From an uncultured delta proteobacterium (GTDB taxonomy: Bacteria; Desulfobacterota; Binatia; Binatales; Binataceae), in assembly GCA_963808235.1 (NCBI GenBank), contig CAWEEQ010000004.1, forward strand, positions 1,664,001 through 1,728,000: DNA of 64,000 bases, read 5' to 3'. Shown here piece by piece: positions 9,191 through 18,478 of this stretch. Made by a program: the position numbers and the translations under genes. The notes beneath the pieces were generated by a model that was not told the origin of the DNA, made no database searches, and saw only the letters and a program-made list of their open reading frames with translations. Numbering within the stretch: the first letter of the stretch is position 1; every line of letters starts with the position of its first letter.

Positions 9191-10829
9191 ATGATGAAGC
9201 ATAACGCGCAACTGTTCAGCGACTTCCTGGTGATTGGCGGCGGTATCGCCGGCCTCACCTTCGCAATCAAAGCCGCCGAAGTCGGCACCGTCACCGTGCT
9301 GACCAAGGCCGGCAGTTCCGAGGCCAACACCAGCTACGCTCAGGGCGGTATCGCGAGCGTATGGAGCGTCGACGATTCGTTCGAGTCGCACATCGAGGAC
9401 ACGATTCGCGCCGGCGCCGGCCTATGCGATCGCGACGCGGTCGAGACCATCGTCCGCGAAGGTCCAGAGGCGGTGCGCGAATTGATCCGTCTCGGCACCC
9501 GCTTCACGAAGGTCGAAAATGGCGAGACCGACGGCACCGATGACAGCGAGCTCGAATACGATCTCGGCAAGGAAGGCGGGCACAGCCACCGCCGCGTGTT
9601 GCATGCGCAGGATCTGACCGGACGCGAGATAATGCGCGCGCTCACCGAGGCCGCGAAGGCGCGCCCGAATATCCGCACGCTGGAGAATCACGTCGCGATT
9701 AATCTTCTCGTCGAGACTCCCGCGGCTGGCAAGCCCGGCGCATGCTGGGGCGTTTACGCACTCGATCGCAACACGCACGAAATCCGCAAAGTCATTTCGC
9801 GCGCCACGATGCTCGCGACGGGTGGCGCGGGCAAAGTCTATCTGTACACCACCAATCCCGACATCGCGTCGGGCGACGGGGTCGCGATGGCGTATCGCGC
9901 GGGCGCCGCGGTCGCGAACCTCGAGTTCTACCAGTTCCATCCGACCTGCTTGTACCATCCCGCCGCCAAGTCGTTTCTGATCTCTGAGGCGCTCCGCGGC
10001 GAAGGCGCGATTCTGAAGTTGCCAGACGGCACCGCCTTCATGAAGCGCTACCATCCGGACGCGGAGCTGGCGCCGCGCGACGTCGTTGCGCGCGCGATCG
10101 ACTCTGAGATGAAACGCCACGGCCTCGACTTCGTGTATCTCGATCTCAGCCATCGAGAGGCAGATTTCATCAAACGTCGCTTTCCGAATATCTTCAAGCG
10201 ATGCTTGAGCTTTGGATTTGACCTCACCAAGGGCCCAATCCCGGTGGTTCCTGCCGCTCATTACATGTGCGGCGGCGTGTCGCACCGATCTCGACGGCCG
10301 CACTTCGATTCCGCGCCTGTACGCGGCCGGCGAAGTTGCGATGACCGGTCTGCATGGCGCAAACCGCCTCGCGTCGAACTCGCTGCTCGAGGCCGCCGTG
10401 ATGGGCCGGCGCGGATTCGCGTCGGCGCGCGAAATCGTCGCGTCGGGACGCGGCCACCCGCCCGAGTTCCCCGAATGGGATCCCGGCCGCGCAATTCGCA
10501 GCGAAGAACGCGTGATGATCACGCAGAGCTGGGACGAGATTCGCCGCCTGATGTGGAACTACGTCGGCATCGTGCGCAGCGACCGCCGCCTCGAACGCGC
10601 GCTGCGCAGAATCCTGATGGTCAAGGATGAAATCCACAGCTACTACTGGGACCATCTGCTCGACGCCGACACGATCGAGTTGCGCAACCTCGCCAAGGTC
10701 GCCGAGTTGGTCGTTCGATCCGCGATGAATCGTCACGAGTCGCGCGGCCTGCACTACAATATCGATCATCCGGAAACGGGCGGCGACGAATGGATCCATC
10801 CGACGATTCTGCAGAAGCCCGTTCAGTAA
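9191..10829 (+). CDS. nadB: L-aspartate oxidase, split by a +1 frameshift near 10280
   Basis: IGGGIAG, YAQGGIA, EGGHS, QFHPT, LISEALRGEG, PAAHYMCGG in frame 1; RTDLDG, GLHGANRLASNSLLE, ESRGLHY in the next frame; span is 3n+1. Confidence 0.93.
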
Positions 10830-10838
10830 GCGCTCGCG

Positions 10839-11438
10839 ATGGAGATGGATAAGAAGGAAGTGAAAATGTATTCGGACTACAAAAGTCCGTTTGCGTATCT
10901 CGCCTTCGATCCAGCGTTCGAGCTCGAAAAAAACTTCCGCATTCGCCTCCGATGGATTCCGTTCCAGCTCCGTATCAAGGGCAAGGGCGAGCGCAGTCTC
11001 TATTCCGAACACAAGGCGCGCTACTCATACCTCGACGCCCGCCGATGGGCGAAGCCGCGCGGCCTGACGATTCGCGGACCATCGAAAGTTTACGACACAA
11101 CGCCTGCACTAATCGGCGGCCTCTTCGCAGAGCAACAGGGCCGTCTCCTCGACTACAGCCGCAAAGTGTACGAGTTGTTCTTCAAACGCGAACTCGAAGC
11201 CGATCAGCCCGACGCTGTCGCGAGCGTGATCGCAACCCTCGGCATGTCAGCCGACGACTATCGCAAATTCCTATCCGGCGAAGGCCTGGCGGCTTACAAC
11301 CGCTCCCAGAGCGAAGCTGCGGAGGATCACGTCTTCGGAGTCCCGCTATTCATCTTCGAAGGCGAACCATTCTGGGGCCACGATCGGATCCCGATTCTCG
11401 CCGAACGCCTCACCGAAGCAGGACTCGCATCGCACTAG
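10839..11438 (+). CDS. DsbA-family / 2-hydroxychromene-2-carboxylate isomerase (GST-kappa-like)
   Basis: SDYKSPFAYL, VFGVPLF, FWGHDRI. Confidence 0.85.
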   Translation: MEMDKKEVKMYSDYKSPFAYLAFDPAFELEKNFRIRLRWIPFQLRIKGKGERSLYSEHKARYSYLDARRWAKPRGLTIRGPSKVYDTTPALIGGLFAEQQGRLLDYSRKVYELFFKRELEADQPDAVASVIATLGMSADDYRKFLSGEGLAAYNRSQSEAAEDHVFGVPLFIFEGEPFWGHDRIPILAERLTEAGLASH

Positions 11439-11448
11439 GTACTCGAGC

Positions 11449-12240
11449 TTGCGCAATCCCGCCGGCCCGCTAACCGCTGTCGAGAGAGTCAATCTCGCGT
11501 TTGCGATGACCTGGGCGGCCGGCTTCGTCGATCTCGTCGGTTACGTCTCGCTCTACGGCCTCTACACCTCGCACATGACCGGCAACACCGTCGCGATGGC
11601 GCGTCACATCTCGGAGCTCGATTGGAGCGGCGTGGTCCGTCGCGGATGGCCTATCGTGACTTTCATCTTCGGCCTGATGCTCGGCTCGTTTATTTACGAA
11701 GCGGAGAAGCGTCGCAAGATCCTGGCTCCATTTCCGCCCGCGATCGGCCTCGAAGCACTGCTCATCGGTGTCTTCATCGCGCTCGGCATCGGCAGCGGCT
11801 TCAAGGCCGACATTCCACCGCAGCCGGCCGGCAAATTTTTCCTGATGGTCGCGATGCTCGCGATTCCGATGGGCATCCAGAACGTCGTCATCCGAAAAGT
11901 CGGCGGGATGAACGTGTACACGACTTTCGTGACCGGCTCGCTGGTCAAGTTCGCCGAAAGTCTCTCCGAATTTTTGTTCTGGTTCCGCGATCGAACCCGT
12001 CGCCGTTCCCGCCGCCGGATCATCCACGTCCTCAGGATTTCGCCGCGCACCCGACCGGCTCGGCGCGCGGCACTGACGCTCGGCCTATGGGCCGTCTATC
12101 TGGCGGGTGCGATCTGCGCTGGTTTTTCGATGGATCGATTTGCGCTGCTCGCGATGCTCGCGCCGTTCGCGCTGCTCTCCGCGATCGCTCTGTACGGCGC
12201 CTTCCGCCCGCTCCTCCCACTCTCGTCCGACGAGTGGTGA
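11449..12240 (+). CDS. YoaK/DUF1275 family membrane protein
   Basis: AGFVD, SHMTGN, MGIQN, TTFVTG motifs. Confidence 0.88.
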   Translation: MRNPAGPLTAVERVNLAFAMTWAAGFVDLVGYVSLYGLYTSHMTGNTVAMARHISELDWSGVVRRGWPIVTFIFGLMLGSFIYEAEKRRKILAPFPPAIGLEALLIGVFIALGIGSGFKADIPPQPAGKFFLMVAMLAIPMGIQNVVIRKVGGMNVYTTFVTGSLVKFAESLSEFLFWFRDRTRRRSRRRIIHVLRISPRTRPARRAALTLGLWAVYLAGAICAGFSMDRFALLAMLAPFALLSAIALYGAFRPLLPLSSDEW

Positions 12241-12265
12241 ACGGCGCATCAAGAGCGGATTGGGA

Positions 12266-14590
12266 TTACGCGACCGGCGCGGGCTGACGCGCCGGGGTCG
12301 GCTCGTAGCTGAATGCGAGCTTGTCGCCGTCGAGGTCTACGATCGCTTTGCCGCCCTTGGTGAGCTTGCCGAACAGTACCTCGTCCGCGAGCACGCGCGC
12401 GATTTCGTTCTCGATCAATCGTCCGAGCGGACGCGCGCCGAAGCGCGGATCGTGTCCGTGTTCCGCAAGCCATTTTTTGGCCGGCGCCGCCACCGAGAGC
12501 ACGACCTTCTGCTTGTCTAGGCGCTCCTGCAACTCGGCAATAAACTTGTCTACCACCATCTCCATGACCGGCGGACTCAGTGGAGCAAATTCGATCGTCG
12601 CCGAAAGTCGGTTGCGGAACTCCGGCGAGAACATCCGCTCCAGCACGCCCTTCGGATTGCCCTGCCCTATTCCGCCGCTGAATCCGATCATCGCGCGCGA
12701 CAGTTCCTGCGCGCCCGCATTCGTCGTCATCACCAGGATCACGTTGCGGAAATCCGCCTTGCGCCCGTTGTTGTCGGTCAGCGTCGCGTGATCCATCACC
12801 TGGAGCAAGATGTTGAACAGGTCCGGGTGCGCCTTTTCGATTTCGTCGAGCAGCAGCACGCAATGCGGCGTCTTGTTGATCCCGTCGGTGAGCAGTCCGC
12901 CCTGATCGAAACCGACGTATCCCGGCGGCGCACCAATCAAGCGCGACACCGTATGCCGCTCCATGTACTCGCTCATGTCGAAGCGGATGAACTCGACGCC
13001 CATCACCTTCGCGAGTTGCCGCGCCACTTCAGTCTTGCCGACGCCGGTCGGTCCCGCGAACAGGAACGCGCCCACCGGCTTGTCCGGATGACTCAGCCCC
13101 GAGCGCGCGAGCTTGATTGCCCGAGCGACGGAGTTTATTGCCTCGTCCTGCCCGAAGACCGCCTTCTTCATATCCTCGTCGAGCATCTGCAGGCGTCCGC
13201 GATCGGTCGCCGAGACCGTGCGCTCCGGAATCTTCGCGATACGCGCGACCGTCCGTTCCACGTCGCGCGTCCCGACCGTCACCGGCTCGCTGGCGCCCGC
13301 ACCGCGCAGATGCCCCGCGACTCCGGCCTCGTCCATCACGTCGATCGCCTTGTCGGGCAGAAAGCGGTCGTTGACGTAGCGCGCCGACAGCTCAACGGCG
13401 GATTTGATCGCCGCGCTGGTGTAGCGAACATTATGATGCTTTTCGTAGTACGACTTGATCCCGTTCAGGATCAGCACCGCCTCGTCCTGGGTCGGCTCGA
13501 CCACGTCGATTCGCTGGAAGCGCCGCGCAAGCGCCTTGTCCTTGTCGAACGAGCGCTTGTACTCCTGATAGGTCGTCGATCCGATACAGCGCAGGTCGCC
13601 CGACGCGAGCGCGGGCTTAAGCAGGTTCGATGCATCCATCGTCCCGCCCGACGCCGCACCGGCGCCGACGATCGTGTGAATCTCGTCGATGAACAAAATT
13701 CGTTTCGAGTTGCCGACCACGGCCTTGATAACCGCCTTCAGCCGCTGCTCGAAGTCGCCGCGAAACCGCGTCCCCGCAAGCAACGCGCCCATGTCGAGCG
13801 CGTAGATCTCGACACCCTTCAACGCGTCGGGCACCTCTCCATGATGGATTGCCAGCGCAAGACCCTCGGCGAGGGCGGTCTTCCCGACACCGGCCTCGCC
13901 GACAAACACAGGATTGTTCTTGCGCCGGCGGAGCAACACGTGCACCGCGCGCTCGAGCTCGTTCTTGCGCCCCACCAGCGGATCGATCTTGCCGTCAGCC
14001 GCGCGCTTGGCGAGATTGATCGCATATGTATTCAGCGCCTTCGACGGCGACATCTTTCGCTCGCCGTCCTCGTCGCTGCCTTCGTGCTCATGCTCTTCGT
14101 GTTCGATCGAATCTTTTTCCGAATCGCCGCTATCGCTTTCGGATTCGTCCTCGGCGCCGACTTTCGACACTCCGTGCGAAATATAGTTGATGGCGTCGAA
14201 GCGGGTGACGCCCTGCTCCTGCAAGAAGAAAATCGCCGGCGATTCGGTTTCGTGGAACATCGCAACCAGCACGTTGCTGCCGCTGATTTCCTGGTGCCCC
14301 GAGGATTGCACATGCAGCGCCGCGCGCTGCAGCGCCCGCTGCACTCCGATCGCATATCGCGGCGCCGCGGTCTCGCTCTTCGGCATCCGCTCGACCTGCT
14401 CGTCGAGATAGTGCCCGAGCTTGCGCCGCAGCGCATCCAAATCTGCGCCGCAGTTTTTCAAAATGTTGCTCGACGTCACGTCGTGCAGCATCGCGTAGAG
14501 CAGATGCTCCAAACACACGAACTCATGGCGTCGGTTCACAGCCTCGGTCATCGCCAGCTGCAAGGTTACCTGCAGTTCGCGGCTGATCAT
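12266..14590 (-). CDS. clpA: ATP-dependent Clp protease ATP-binding subunit ClpA (alternative start 14614)
   Basis: HEFVCLEHLL, two AAA modules (GEAGVGKT, GPTGVGKT), DMSEYMERHTVSRLIGAPPGYVG; follows clpS. Confidence 0.96.
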   Translation of the reverse strand: MISRELQVTLQLAMTEAVNRRHEFVCLEHLLYAMLHDVTSSNILKNCGADLDALRRKLGHYLDEQVERMPKSETAAPRYAIGVQRALQRAALHVQSSGHQEISGSNVLVAMFHETESPAIFFLQEQGVTRFDAINYISHGVSKVGAEDESESDSGDSEKDSIEHEEHEHEGSDEDGERKMSPSKALNTYAINLAKRAADGKIDPLVGRKNELERAVHVLLRRRKNNPVFVGEAGVGKTALAEGLALAIHHGEVPDALKGVEIYALDMGALLAGTRFRGDFEQRLKAVIKAVVGNSKRILFIDEIHTIVGAGAASGGTMDASNLLKPALASGDLRCIGSTTYQEYKRSFDKDKALARRFQRIDVVEPTQDEAVLILNGIKSYYEKHHNVRYTSAAIKSAVELSARYVNDRFLPDKAIDVMDEAGVAGHLRGAGASEPVTVGTRDVERTVARIAKIPERTVSATDRGRLQMLDEDMKKAVFGQDEAINSVARAIKLARSGLSHPDKPVGAFLFAGPTGVGKTEVARQLAKVMGVEFIRFDMSEYMERHTVSRLIGAPPGYVGFDQGGLLTDGINKTPHCVLLLDEIEKAHPDLFNILLQVMDHATLTDNNGRKADFRNVILVMTTNAGAQELSRAMIGFSGGIGQGNPKGVLERMFSPEFRNRLSATIEFAPLSPPVMEMVVDKFIAELQERLDKQKVVLSVAAPAKKWLAEHGHDPRFGARPLGRLIENEIARVLADEVLFGKLTKGGKAIVDLDGDKLAFSYEPTPARQPAPVA

Positions 14591-14636
14591 GATGTTATTA
14601 TTGGATGGAGGCATCTTCGATTTGGCCCGTCGGGCG

Positions 14637-15005
14637 TCACTCCTTTTCCATCACGCACTTCAGCGGATACTCGGCCTGCCGCGCCAATTCCTCGACCGTG
14701 TTGGTCTTGGTTTCCGCGACCTCAAATGGATACACGCCCGCGATTCCCATCCCGTTCTGATGCACGTGCAGCATGATCCGGGTCGCGTCGGCATGCTCCT
14801 TATGAAACACGGCCTTCAGCACTTCGACCACAAACTCCATCGGCGTGTAATCGTCATTGAGCAAAATCACCTTGTACAGCGGCGGCTTCGCAGTCTTCGA
14901 TTTGGTGCGAGTCTTCCGCTCGGTTACGATACCACCGTCGCCGTTGCGGCCCTCGCCGTCACCGTCGGTGATTCGCGCCGTTTCAATAAACCTAAGCACG
15001 GCCAT
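14637..15005 (-). CDS. clpS: Clp protease adaptor ClpS (possible leaderless GTG start at 14999)
   Basis: PPLYKVILLNDDYTPMEFVV, MLHVH, EVAETK, YPLKC. Confidence 0.96.
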   Translation of the reverse strand: MAVLRFIETARITDGDGEGRNGDGGIVTERKTRTKSKTAKPPLYKVILLNDDYTPMEFVVEVLKAVFHKEHADATRIMLHVHQNGMGIAGVYPFEVAETKTNTVEELARQAEYPLKCVMEKE

Positions 15006-15105
15006 AAGGATAGCAAATTCAAGCAAGCTGAGTGGAGTATCCCAATCGAACTTTCAGATATTATGCGAACAGCAGATTTGTCATGCACGATCGGATGTTT
15101 TTAGA

Positions 15106-16296
15106 ATGAACGACGCCGCACCACGACTCGACGTCGCAGTCGTCGAGGGAATCGACAAAATCCCGCGCGAGGCCTGGGACAACCTGCTCGCGCCCGACGA
15201 TTCCCCATTCCTCGAATGGGACTGGCTCTATGCGATGGAGCATTCCGGCTCCGCGTCGCGAAAAACCGGATGGGCGCCGTATCATCTGATCGTTCGCGAG
15301 GGGCCGAAGAAAAGAATCGTCGCCGCGTGCCCGCTCTATCTCAAAACTCACAGCATGGGCGAGTTCGTTTTCGATCACGGATGGGCCGACGCCGCCGAGC
15401 AGGCCGGCATCCGATATTTTCCGAAATTGATGGTCGGTGTCCCGTTCACGCCGCATACCGGGCGCCGATTTCTCACCGCGCCCGGGATGGACCGCGCCGG
15501 CCTGATTCATCTGATCGGCCTCGCGCTCTCCTCGATATGCGAAGACAACAAGCTCTCGAGTGTGCACGTCAACTTTTGCGAACCCGACGAAGCGCACGCG
15601 CTCGCGCCGATCGGATTCATGGAGCGGGCCGGCTACCAGTACCATTGGCACAACGCGGGCTTCGCGACCTTCGACGACTACCTGAACCGGCTGAAGCACA
15701 AGCGCCGCACCGCGGTCCGTCACGAGCGCGGCGCGCTCGAGGAACAGGGAATCACGATCAGGGTCTTCGCCGGCGAAGAGATCGCGGACCATATGTTCCC
15801 CGAGATGTACGCGATCTACCTGTCCACGATCGAAAAACTTTACTGGGGGCGCCAGTACCTGACCGAGAATTTTTTCAACATCATCCGCGACCGATTCAAA
15901 CGCAACATGGTCTTCATCGCCGCATACCACGGACGCGAACTAGTCGCCGGCGCGGTGAACCTCGCCAAAGCAGACCTGATGTACGGTCGTTACTGGGGAT
16001 GCTTCCGCGACGTCCGCTTCCTGCATTTCAACGTATGCTACTACGCAGGAATCGAGCACTCGATCGCCAAAGGAATCCAGCGTTACGAACCAGGCGCGGG
16101 CGGCGAATACAAATGGCTCCGCGGCTTCGACCCAGCGCTGACCAGAAGCATCCACTACATCGTCCACCCCGGATTAAAAAAAGCGATCGCCGGATTTCTG
16201 AAGCGCGAACGTACCGAAGTAGAACGATGGATCGTCGCGGGCAAAGAGCGCAGCCAGTTGAAACCGCCCCCGCCGTCAGACCAGGAATCTGAGTAG
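15106..16296 (+). CDS. FemAB-like GNAT family protein (DUF482)
   Basis: PFLEWDWL, PLYLKTHSMGEFVFDHGWA, VPFTPHTG, QYHWHN, YGRYWG, LHFNVCYY, GAGGEYK. Confidence 0.88.
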   Translation: MNDAAPRLDVAVVEGIDKIPREAWDNLLAPDDSPFLEWDWLYAMEHSGSASRKTGWAPYHLIVREGPKKRIVAACPLYLKTHSMGEFVFDHGWADAAEQAGIRYFPKLMVGVPFTPHTGRRFLTAPGMDRAGLIHLIGLALSSICEDNKLSSVHVNFCEPDEAHALAPIGFMERAGYQYHWHNAGFATFDDYLNRLKHKRRTAVRHERGALEEQGITIRVFAGEEIADHMFPEMYAIYLSTIEKLYWGRQYLTENFFNIIRDRFKRNMVFIAAYHGRELVAGAVNLAKADLMYGRYWGCFRDVRFLHFNVCYYAGIEHSIAKGIQRYEPGAGGEYKWLRGFDPALTRSIHYIVHPGLKKAIAGFLKRERTEVERWIVAGKERSQLKPPPPSDQESE

Positions 16297-17565
16297 CTAG
16301 GCGATCTCGCGCACGTTGGTCGGTGGCGCGGGGAAATCAAGTTCTGGGACGGGTTCGCCGGTAAGTCCGGTCACGCGATTTCGATATTTCGTCAGATGCC
16401 CCTTCGCGACTTCGAACGCCTGCTGCGCCTTTGACAGCGACTTGCCGAGGTCGTCGAAGCGATTTTCGAAATGCCCAAACGCGGCCTGCGCCTTCTTGAG
16501 TTCCTCGGTCGCGCGCTCGTGCCCCTTCGCGTACTCGTACATTTTGAAGACCATCTGGATCGATTGCAGTGTCACGATCAGCGTGTTCGGCGAGACCGGA
16601 TAGACGCGCCGCTTGTTCAGCCATTCGCTCAGCTCCGCGTTGAGCACCGCCTCCATGTAGAGCGTTTCGCTCGGCAGATACATCAGGGCCATGTCGGTGG
16701 TGCCATTTTCCGGATGGATGTAGTTGCCGATTCGTTTCGCCTGTTCCTTCATCACGCGCTCGAACTCGACCCGCGCCTGGTCGAGGGCTTGCGGATCGTT
16801 GGTTTCGAACAGCGCCAGCACCTGCTCGCGCGGAAACTTCGCGTCGATCGGCAGCGTGCGATCGGGAAACTTGATGACCGCATCGGCGCGCCCCGGGCCT
16901 TCTCCGTCGGGCGACGCTTGCAGATCGTACATGTGGCGTGGGAGGAAATCCTCGAGCAGGCGTTCGAGGCTTTGCTCGCCGAAGCGGCCGCGCAGATGAG
17001 GCATCTTGAGCAGGTTGTTGAGGTCGTTGATCGACTCGCCGATCACGCCGAGATTTTTCAGTTGCTCCTGCGCTTCATTCAGATGCTGCTGAACCTTCTC
17101 AAACTGTGCGAAACCGTCCTTAATATTCTGGTCCAGCTTCATTTGGACCGCATTGCCGATAGTTGCCAACTTCTGGTCGACGTCCGACCGTATCGCGTCC
17201 ATGCTGATCCGCGTCTCGGCGGTCAACGCAGCTATTTCCAGCTTGAGCGAGCTCGCCTGCTCCTGCCGCCCGGCTGAGAGCTGAGCCTCCAGTGATGTCT
17301 TCAGATTCGCGAACGAAGCGGTAAAGCGATCGGCGCTTTCGAGATTCAGGTCGCCTTTGACCTGCTGCAAGCGTCCGGCGATATCGGTCCGCGTGTGGGT
17401 CAGCTTTTCGTCGAGGCTTGCCGCAACCGAATTCAGCCGTTCGATCAGCTGCGCAGAAGAATCATTTGAGGAAAGCGCGCGCAGCCTCGCGAGCGCGAGG
17501 AAGATACCCACAACCGCCACCGCGCCCAGAACGACCACTGCCGCCGCAACCATTTCCATCGCCAT
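16297..17565 (-). CDS. rmuC: DNA recombination protein RmuC
   Basis: N-terminal TM plus coiled coil, RGRFGE, PIDAKFP, TTDMALMYLPSE, VSPNTL. Confidence 0.9.
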   Translation of the reverse strand: MAMEMVAAAVVVLGAVAVVGIFLALARLRALSSNDSSAQLIERLNSVAASLDEKLTHTRTDIAGRLQQVKGDLNLESADRFTASFANLKTSLEAQLSAGRQEQASSLKLEIAALTAETRISMDAIRSDVDQKLATIGNAVQMKLDQNIKDGFAQFEKVQQHLNEAQEQLKNLGVIGESINDLNNLLKMPHLRGRFGEQSLERLLEDFLPRHMYDLQASPDGEGPGRADAVIKFPDRTLPIDAKFPREQVLALFETNDPQALDQARVEFERVMKEQAKRIGNYIHPENGTTDMALMYLPSETLYMEAVLNAELSEWLNKRRVYPVSPNTLIVTLQSIQMVFKMYEYAKGHERATEELKKAQAAFGHFENRFDDLGKSLSKAQQAFEVAKGHLTKYRNRVTGLTGEPVPELDFPAPPTNVREIA

Positions 17566-17658
17566 CACCGTCGCCTCCCCTGCTCCACTTCCGCGTTAAA
17601 AATTCTATTCCCCATGAGTGAAGCCGTCGAATCGACTATCCACAATTATAGACCGACC

Positions 17659-17676
17659 CAATGACAACCGTTGACA
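17659..17676 (+). repeat. 18-bp direct repeat, left copy (CAATGACAACCGTTGACA)
   Basis: Identical copy at 18436-18453. Confidence 0.85.
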
Positions 17677-17749
17677 TGCGATGCGCGGAGGAGGACATTT
17701 TCGGGCGTTTGTCGCGGTTATTCCCCAGCAGTTCTAGCAGGGACGAAGT

Positions 17750-17822
17750 CCCGCATCCTTTCTTGTTACTGGGTGCAGGGGTCGCCCCTGCCCAAGGAAG
17801 CGTGAAACCCACGGCGGGTTTC
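17750..17822. repeat. REP-like palindrome cluster 3' of the HD gene
   Basis: GGGTGCAGGGGTCGCCCCTGCC (17771-17792) and GTGAAACCCACGGCGGGTTTC (17802-17822); mirrored at 19754-19852. Confidence 0.7.
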
Positions 17823-17830
17823 AGATTAGA

Positions 17831-18391
17831 TCAAGATTTCCGCTTCCCGAGTTCGCTTTTCGGACGATGCGCGAATGCTTTGTCGAATGCGTTTTCCAAC
17901 TCACGATTGGTGCCGCGGATCTTGTCGACTACTCTCTTCGCCCAATCGAAATATTCCTGCTTCCGCTTAAGGTCCCATCCGGCTGGAGGGTCGTGGACTA
18001 CATCGCGCAGATTGCAGATCTTGTCGGCCAGCTTCACCACTCGCGCGCGCGGAGACAGCGACGATGCGTGCTCCACCTGCAGGCGCTTGCGGTCTTCCCT
18101 GGACAGCATCTTGTTGTCGGTGACCTCCGCCACCAACTTTGCAATCGTCGGACTGAACTCGGCTTTGAGTTCTTCGAATGTGGTCGGAGTGTCTTCGACG
18201 GTATCGTGAAGGAGCGCCGCCGAAATCGTCTCCCCGTCGCGGATATTTCCCGTGCATACCAGCAACTCTGCGACCGCGATCGGATGGTTGATATACGGAA
18301 TCGGCTCCGCGCCTTTGCGAAGCTGCTTACGATGCTTGGTTGCGGCGAACGATAACGCCTTCATCAATAAATTCAGATCGAGCACTGCCAT
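17831..18391 (-). CDS. HD-domain small alarmone hydrolase (MESH1/HDDC3-like (p)ppGpp 3'-pyrophosphohydrolase)
   Basis: FAATKHRKQLRK, PYINHP, AALLHDTVEDT, VKLADKICNLRD, PPAGW..RKQEYFDWAK. Confidence 0.9.
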   Translation of the reverse strand: MAVLDLNLLMKALSFAATKHRKQLRKGAEPIPYINHPIAVAELLVCTGNIRDGETISAALLHDTVEDTPTTFEELKAEFSPTIAKLVAEVTDNKMLSREDRKRLQVEHASSLSPRARVVKLADKICNLRDVVHDPPAGWDLKRKQEYFDWAKRVVDKIRGTNRELENAFDKAFAHRPKSELGKRKS

Positions 18392-18435
18392 TGCAGTCTT
18401 ATTGTACCCGGCTGACAGCATAAGCGGCACCCAAT

Positions 18436-18453
18436 CAATGACAACCGTTGACA
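18436..18453 (+). repeat. 18-bp direct repeat, right copy
   Basis: Identical to 17659-17676. Confidence 0.85.
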
Positions 18454-18478
18454 GGGCGAGGCGTGCTATCGTGGATGC

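Noticed and set aside
10271-10290. Programmed frameshifting in nadB (and in gshB at about 28582)
   Set aside because: No slippery sequence or stimulatory structure is evident, and I know no precedent in these families; indel error is simpler
12788-14776. 662-aa ORF antisense to clpA (also 42873-44495 opposite der/era and 24506-25696 opposite dnaG)
   Set aside because: Typical stop-poor antisense frames of high-GC genes; composition is not protein-like
17636-17644. DnaA-box-like CTATCCACA
   Set aside because: Single mismatched copy with no cluster or unwinding element; not an origin
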